From the IMG/VR virus record IMGVR_UViG_3300010356_001334: a DNA stretch of 20,000 nucleotides; one strand, written 5' to 3'. Position numbers and translations under genes: made by a program. Shown piece after piece: positions 15,531 to 20,000 of this stretch; the first letter of the stretch is position 1, and the number at the start of each line of letters is the position of its first letter. Source of the stretch: an uncultured virus (IMG/VR IMGVR_UViG_3300010356_001334). Lineage: Duplodnaviria; Heunggongvirae; Uroviricota; Caudoviricetes. A model generated the notes under the pieces. The model did not search any database. It was given only the letters and a program-made list of their open reading frames with translations, and was not told the DNA's origin.

Positions 15531-15855
15531 AATCTTCAAGAAGCTTTTCAAGATTTTGATGATGTAACCACTGACCAATGGTACTTCGTTTATGAATTGC
15601 TTGATTTTGAATCATATTAATGTCTAGATCAGACGCTTTACACAAAAGATGAATTCCATTTAATACATCTCCGAGTTCTTTTTCAAGATGTTGTCGATTT
15701 GTAATTTGTTCAGGGTTATGAGGGTTTTGACTCTCATAGCCGTGTTGAAGAATTTTTCCGATAACTTGAACAGATTCTCCAAGCTCTCCCATAAGTACTG
15801 AAAGTCTCTCTAGTTCAGCAGGAGAGAGTTGATTAAAAGGTTGTTCATATAACAT
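15529..15855 (-). CDS. MazG-like all-alpha NTP pyrophosphohydrolase, ~108 aa
   Basis: LMGELGESVQVIGKILQHG...NRQHLEKELGDVL matches the E..E / E..D helical motifs. Start placed at ATG 15855 behind an AAGGAA RBS instead of 15897. Confidence 0.72.
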   Translation of the reverse strand: MLYEQPFNQLSPAELERLSVLMGELGESVQVIGKILQHGYESQNPHNPEQITNRQHLEKELGDVLNGIHLLCKASDLDINMIQNQAIHKRSTIGQWLHHQNLEKLLED

Positions 15856-16165
15856 CTTTTTGATTCCTTTTTCTCTGAAAGTGTTTAAGTTCTTCAAGTC
15901 TTAATCGAGCATGCATATCTACCGAACTCATATCGACAACACCGACTACTCCAGAAACCTTTAAAAGCGTTTTTAAGAACCCTAGTTTAATTTCTAAGTA
16001 CTGAATATTAGTAATATCAATATCCGGTCTATAGGGCGCCTTAAGACCTTCTACGAGAATCTTCGAGATAGTCTTTTCAACCTCACTACATGTTTTAGCG
16101 ATATCCGTAAAAACTACTTTCGCCTGATCCGATATAAGGTCGTCTGACATTGCGAGCTCGCTCAT
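15845..16165 (-). CDS. Hypothetical protein, ~100 aa (start uncertain)
   Basis: Fills the gap between terminase and the MazG-like gene and overlaps both ends. Confidence 0.5.
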   Translation of the reverse strand: MSELAMSDDLISDQAKVVFTDIAKTCSEVEKTISKILVEGLKAPYRPDIDITNIQYLEIKLGFLKTLLKVSGVVGVVDMSSVDMHARLRLEELKHFQRKRNQKDVI

Positions 16166-18257
16166 CTCTTAGTTTATTAATTAGGTCATCTGCTGACACA
16201 ATTTGTCTATCTTGATCTGAGAGTTTTGAGATGGCTCTCTCTAAATCATACTCTAAACGACGAGCGACATATTCATCACCTTCGTCTTTGAGTTGCTGAG
16301 TGAGTCGTTCAACATCTTCTCGTGCCTTAAGCGCTTCAGATTGTTCATAGGCTGAAACAACTTTTAATTGTGCATGATAGACAGGGTTTTCAGAAAGTAC
16401 TTTACTTGGATCAATACCATAGTAACGAAGATTCTTACCAAGTGAGATCAGCCAGTATGAGAGCAACCAGGAGAACGTAAGGTCGTCATTTTCACCTTCT
16501 TGATGGTCGATGCGACCATTTCGAATCTCAAGCCCTAGTGTCTGAAGAATAAGCTTTCGATCCCGCATGAGTGTACCTGTCATTTTAGTCGCACTATTGA
16601 GTGTTCGACTAAAAAGCTCACTTCGAGAAGTCGTACCTGTTCCACTGGTTGCCCAACCAAAATACTTTTTATACTTCAAATATAAATTCTCTCTCGAATT
16701 AAACGGAGTTTGAATTTCTTTAAAGCGTTCAGGAAACTCTTCATGAAACTGAACAATTTGATTATAAATCCGTTTAAAAGGATCAATTCCAAAAGAAGGT
16801 AAAAATTCTAAAAGGTAATCGATAATCATTGCACCTGTACTTCTGCGTTCAATGATCAGTGTTACATTAGGATACTTCTGAAGGAAGGCACCTAACCAAC
16901 GACAAAATGCGATCAAGTTACCTTCACTGATATCGGCCGCCATTGCTGTTTCACCTGTTAAAACATTTCTTAAGGTCAAACCAATTGCATCGCTTCCAAC
17001 TGCTTCAGATGGATCAGAACCTAAAACATGCGGAATCATCAATTTATGTTTAATTTCTTCTTCTTTATAATACCATCGAAGTGCATAGGCTTCAGGTTCA
17101 GCAATCTCAAGATAATGATCTAGGACTTCAGACTCCCGCATTGCTTCAGCAATTTCTTGCGGGAATGGACTTAACGTTGTTCCTGATGGCCATTCATTTA
17201 AGAAGTCAGCCTTAATCTGGATCGGGTCTTCTTGAGCAGATTCACGTAGTCGATCTTTTAACCATTGATCTGATTTTCCAAGCTGACGGTGGTTAAAAGT
17301 ACAATTAACACGAAGATCTTTTCCATTACCTGCTTTCAAAATCATTTTATGAAGTTCTTCCATGTTAGGTGCGTCATAAAAAGATTCTGACCAGATCGCG
17401 CAACTTTGCATAAAGTTATACGCATAACGTCCTTCAGGTGTGTCTCGTTTACCTGAGGTTGTCATGAAAATGTTGCCATAGGGTTCTCCTTTTAACGCCG
17501 CGACCTCGCGTGCTGCCAATGTTGCAGAGAGCATAACAGGAATAGTGATAGCGTTATTATGGATATAGGCAAATTCATCCACAACTGTAATGGGTGAGGT
17601 CATTCCTCGACCCACTAAGTCTGCAAGTTTTGGAGAACGGTTTGGTACGTAGAGTTTAATTGAATTATCTAAAGCGCTTACTTTAAAGACTTCAGTGTTA
17701 CCGGGATCTCGATTTGATCGCTGTTTTAAAAAAGGAGGAAGTGCGGTTTCAATCCCTTTTAAACGATCAACGGATCGCCCACGAAGTTTTTCATCTTTTG
17801 TTAAGTATGAAATTTCAGTCTTAGTCAACCGAACATTAATAAGATAAGTTGTCAACCAGTCAACACCAAAACTCTTACCAGTCTGACGAATCATAATCAG
17901 AAAAGTCAAGACATGATTAAAAAATAGCCAATAAGTTGACATAATTCCACGATTGGCATTAAAGAGAATCGGAAACTCATTAGAACCTGCTGGATCTCTA
18001 GCACAGTTTCTAAGGAACCACCAGAAGTTTCGTTTGGCTTCAATAGCCATCTTTAACGCAATCTCAGGCGTAATATTAGGGTCATACGGATCTTTACCGA
18101 TGAGATCTGAATCAAGTGTTGATAAACAGAAAAGATGGTTTTCTACACCCATCTCTTTTAGTAACATAGCAAAACGTAGGAACGATTTATTAGGCGTGTC
18201 GATATCGACAACTGCATGCGGGTACTTTTTCCAATCGTCTTTGAACAAGATAGTCAT
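16095..18257 (-). CDS. terL: Terminase large subunit (phiKZ gp25-like), 720 aa
   Basis: Walker A RQTGKS, Walker B ITVVDE, motif III MTTSG, RNase H-like nuclease GSDPSEAVGSD ... ENDDL. Confidence 0.93.
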   Translation of the reverse strand: MTILFKDDWKKYPHAVVDIDTPNKSFLRFAMLLKEMGVENHLFCLSTLDSDLIGKDPYDPNITPEIALKMAIEAKRNFWWFLRNCARDPAGSNEFPILFNANRGIMSTYWLFFNHVLTFLIMIRQTGKSFGVDWLTTYLINVRLTKTEISYLTKDEKLRGRSVDRLKGIETALPPFLKQRSNRDPGNTEVFKVSALDNSIKLYVPNRSPKLADLVGRGMTSPITVVDEFAYIHNNAITIPVMLSATLAAREVAALKGEPYGNIFMTTSGKRDTPEGRYAYNFMQSCAIWSESFYDAPNMEELHKMILKAGNGKDLRVNCTFNHRQLGKSDQWLKDRLRESAQEDPIQIKADFLNEWPSGTTLSPFPQEIAEAMRESEVLDHYLEIAEPEAYALRWYYKEEEIKHKLMIPHVLGSDPSEAVGSDAIGLTLRNVLTGETAMAADISEGNLIAFCRWLGAFLQKYPNVTLIIERRSTGAMIIDYLLEFLPSFGIDPFKRIYNQIVQFHEEFPERFKEIQTPFNSRENLYLKYKKYFGWATSGTGTTSRSELFSRTLNSATKMTGTLMRDRKLILQTLGLEIRNGRIDHQEGENDDLTFSWLLSYWLISLGKNLRYYGIDPSKVLSENPVYHAQLKVVSAYEQSEALKAREDVERLTQQLKDEGDEYVARRLEYDLERAISKLSDQDRQIVSADDLINKLRDERARNVRRPYIGSGESSFYGYR

Positions 18258-18328
18258 ATAGGGGCAGACCTTAAAATAGGGTGTTACTCACTCACCACGA
18301 TTTCTTGTGTTTATTTAAAAAGAACAGA

Positions 18329-18374
18329 GATGATACAGCGAGAGAGGCTATAATGCCTCTCTCGCTGTATCATC
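18329..18374 (-). terminator. Long hairpin terminator
   Basis: 20-bp perfect stem GATGATACAGCGAGAGAGGC/GCCTCTCTCGCTGTATCATC just after the stop of 18379-18792, with a T-tract on the minus strand. Confidence 0.8.
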
Positions 18375-18378
18375 GCAC

Positions 18379-18792
18379 TCACTTCTTTTCTTTTCTAAGC
18401 TGCGCATAGATCATATCCAAATAAACATCACTTAGTAAAGACAGAATTGCTTCATTATCCTTACCAAATTCATTCATTTGTCCATTGAAGTAATAACACT
18501 TTTTATTCATGAGTTTTAAAGCTTGAGGTAGAGTATCCTCATCTGAGAAATATGCCCTCACAATAAAACTTGAATAGGTATCGCCAACAAGACTTCCTTG
18601 ACGAAGTACTAAATCAACACATTCAATTTGATAGACAATAAAACGAACATGATACTTATTATCCAAAAAGTACTCAACTTCATGGACAGGACGACATTCG
18701 TTTACATCTACCCACTCATAGAACCGTATGCCAAAGAAATATAACTTTGCGCGAAGTAGTCCTTCTCTAAGACTTTTAAAGAACCTGCCCAT
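18379..18792 (-). CDS. Hypothetical protein, 137 aa
   Basis: Strong RBS AAGGAGG upstream on the minus strand; followed by a terminator. Confidence 0.8.
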   Translation of the reverse strand: MGRFFKSLREGLLRAKLYFFGIRFYEWVDVNECRPVHEVEYFLDNKYHVRFIVYQIECVDLVLRQGSLVGDTYSSFIVRAYFSDEDTLPQALKLMNKKCYYFNGQMNEFGKDNEAILSLLSDVYLDMIYAQLRKEKK

Positions 18793-18854
18793 GGAAGATA
18801 TCCTCCTTATCTTTCCGGCATAGTGAATCCGCCATCTGATTTTGGGAAAAGTTT

Positions 18855-20000
18855 TTAGCGGGATGTCGAAACGATGATGGCTCTTAAAGTAATATAGAGA
18901 ATCGTCGAGGTTCGTGTTGCCATAGCTAGGCTATTATTGATACTTCCGTTTGCTGCTTTAATTAACTCATCTCCAAGTTTACGGATCTTTAAAAGATCTT
19001 CATCCGAAGACCGAGTTGAAAGATAGAGATTCTTTAATAGTAAAAGAAGACTTGGATAGTCTTTCAAAATCTTAGGATCTGATTCACTAAGAAGATGGAA
19101 ACTATGAATAACGATCAGACGAATATATTCATCGATCTTTAGATGGTATTTTGGATTATTGTAATGATCACTTAGCCATCCTAATGTGAATGTCAGCATA
19201 CGTTGACTGGTATTCGTATTAATGCTAACAATCGCTTCAACTAAATCAGAACGTACAAAACTTGGTTTATCGAGGATTGCTGTTCGGATATAGGAAACAT
19301 ATTGTTCAGTTGAATTGATCTTCTCTCTAACTTTCTCAACCCCTTCTGCATCGATCATGGTAGAAGAGGTACTGGTGATCTTATTACCTTCTGTATACGC
19401 CTGATGGAAAACCTTATAGTAGTTCTTATAAAGGTCTCGAATACGGTTCTCGCTATCACTGATTGCGTAAGTAATCGCTGTATCGTCCATAAAGACTACT
19501 AAAGTCTGGTAATGAAGTCCTTTTGGGTCAACCAGTTCTTTAGCGCGATACTCCATGACTGCACGCCAGGTCCCTACTTTCTTAATCAGAAACTTATTAC
19601 TCAGTTTTGCATAAGCGGCTTGAGCAATCTTTGGATCGGCAGGAAAATGAAAGTAATCACTTTGTCGAATTGCAATACAGCGATAAAAGAACACCAAAGC
19701 CATGTCATAGACAGCACGTTTTTTCTGTGCATCTGTCAGCTTCGGGGAGGTTGCTAGACGATGAACCATGTACATCATCGTCAAGTTAAATGCGTCACTG
19801 ATGATCTTAAACTCTTGACTGATGGTTGTGACTTTCTTTAATGCTCTTTCAAGTTCAAGATAGTCGACATCGACGACATCTTTATAAAACTTTAAAGTAT
19901 CTGCGACTCTAAACCGAATCGCGTGCACGCCGATCAAGTTACTACCAAAAAATGCCAGATGTTCACTGTTTCGATTTAAGAACTCAACCTGATAGCGATA
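18855..20000 (-). CDS. Conserved phiKZ-like phage protein, 5'-truncated by the window edge
   Basis: The frame stays open beyond the called start 19937 to position 20000 (YRYQVEFLNRNSEHLAFFGSNLIGVH...). FFG.NL.GV, SD.FNL, YF.FPAD and LS.KF.IK..G.W motifs are recalled from phiKZ-like phage proteins. Confidence 0.8.
   Translation of the reverse strand, partial: YRYQVEFLNRNSEHLAFFGSNLIGVHAIRFRVADTLKFYKDVVDVDYLELERALKKVTTISQEFKIISDAFNLTMMYMVHRLATSPKLTDAQKKRAVYDMALVFFYRCIAIRQSDYFHFPADPKIAQAAYAKLSNKFLIKKVGTWRAVMEYRAKELVDPKGLHYQTLVVFMDDTAITYAISDSENRIRDLYKNYYKVFHQAYTEGNKITSTSSTMIDAEGVEKVREKINSTEQYVSYIRTAILDKPSFVRSDLVEAIVSINTNTSQRMLTFTLGWLSDHYNNPKYHLKIDEYIRLIVIHSFHLLSESDPKILKDYPSLLLLLKNLYLSTRSSDEDLLKIRKLGDELIKAANGSINNSLAMATRTSTILYITLRAIIVSTSR

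Noticed and set aside
16095..18257. Intein or intron in the terminase
   Set aside because: The ORF is continuous, of normal phiKZ-like size, with no intein splice motifs or endonuclease insert visible.

Overview
This window looks like a segment of a phiKZ-like (Chimalliviridae-type) jumbo phage genome. From 6145 onward it carries the conserved tail and packaging block: tail tube and contractile sheath on the minus strand, three large divergent virion proteins in phiKZ gp28/gp27/gp26-like order, and a large terminase. A MazG-like gene, several hypothetical genes and long hairpin terminators are also present. The first ~5 kb is an accessory region with two related TnpB RNA-guided nucleases in different states. 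TnpB-1 (551-1762) lies in an intact non-autonomous IS200/IS605 element (455-1912) that splits a lytic transglycosylase gene in frame. TnpB-2 (2079-3281) keeps its RuvC D-E-D triad but has no recognisable IS ends and sits behind phage-type expression signals. It is followed by two 95%-identical 100-nt omegaRNA scaffolds: one adjacent (3295-3394) and one stand-alone about 1.2 kb downstream (4531-4630). Each scaffold has a different predicted guide, and each guide begins with a sequence resembling the putative promoter of its own unit. The best candidate for an undescribed system is this apparently domesticated, multi-guide phage TnpB. All family assignments come from motif recognition and gene order; no database search was run.
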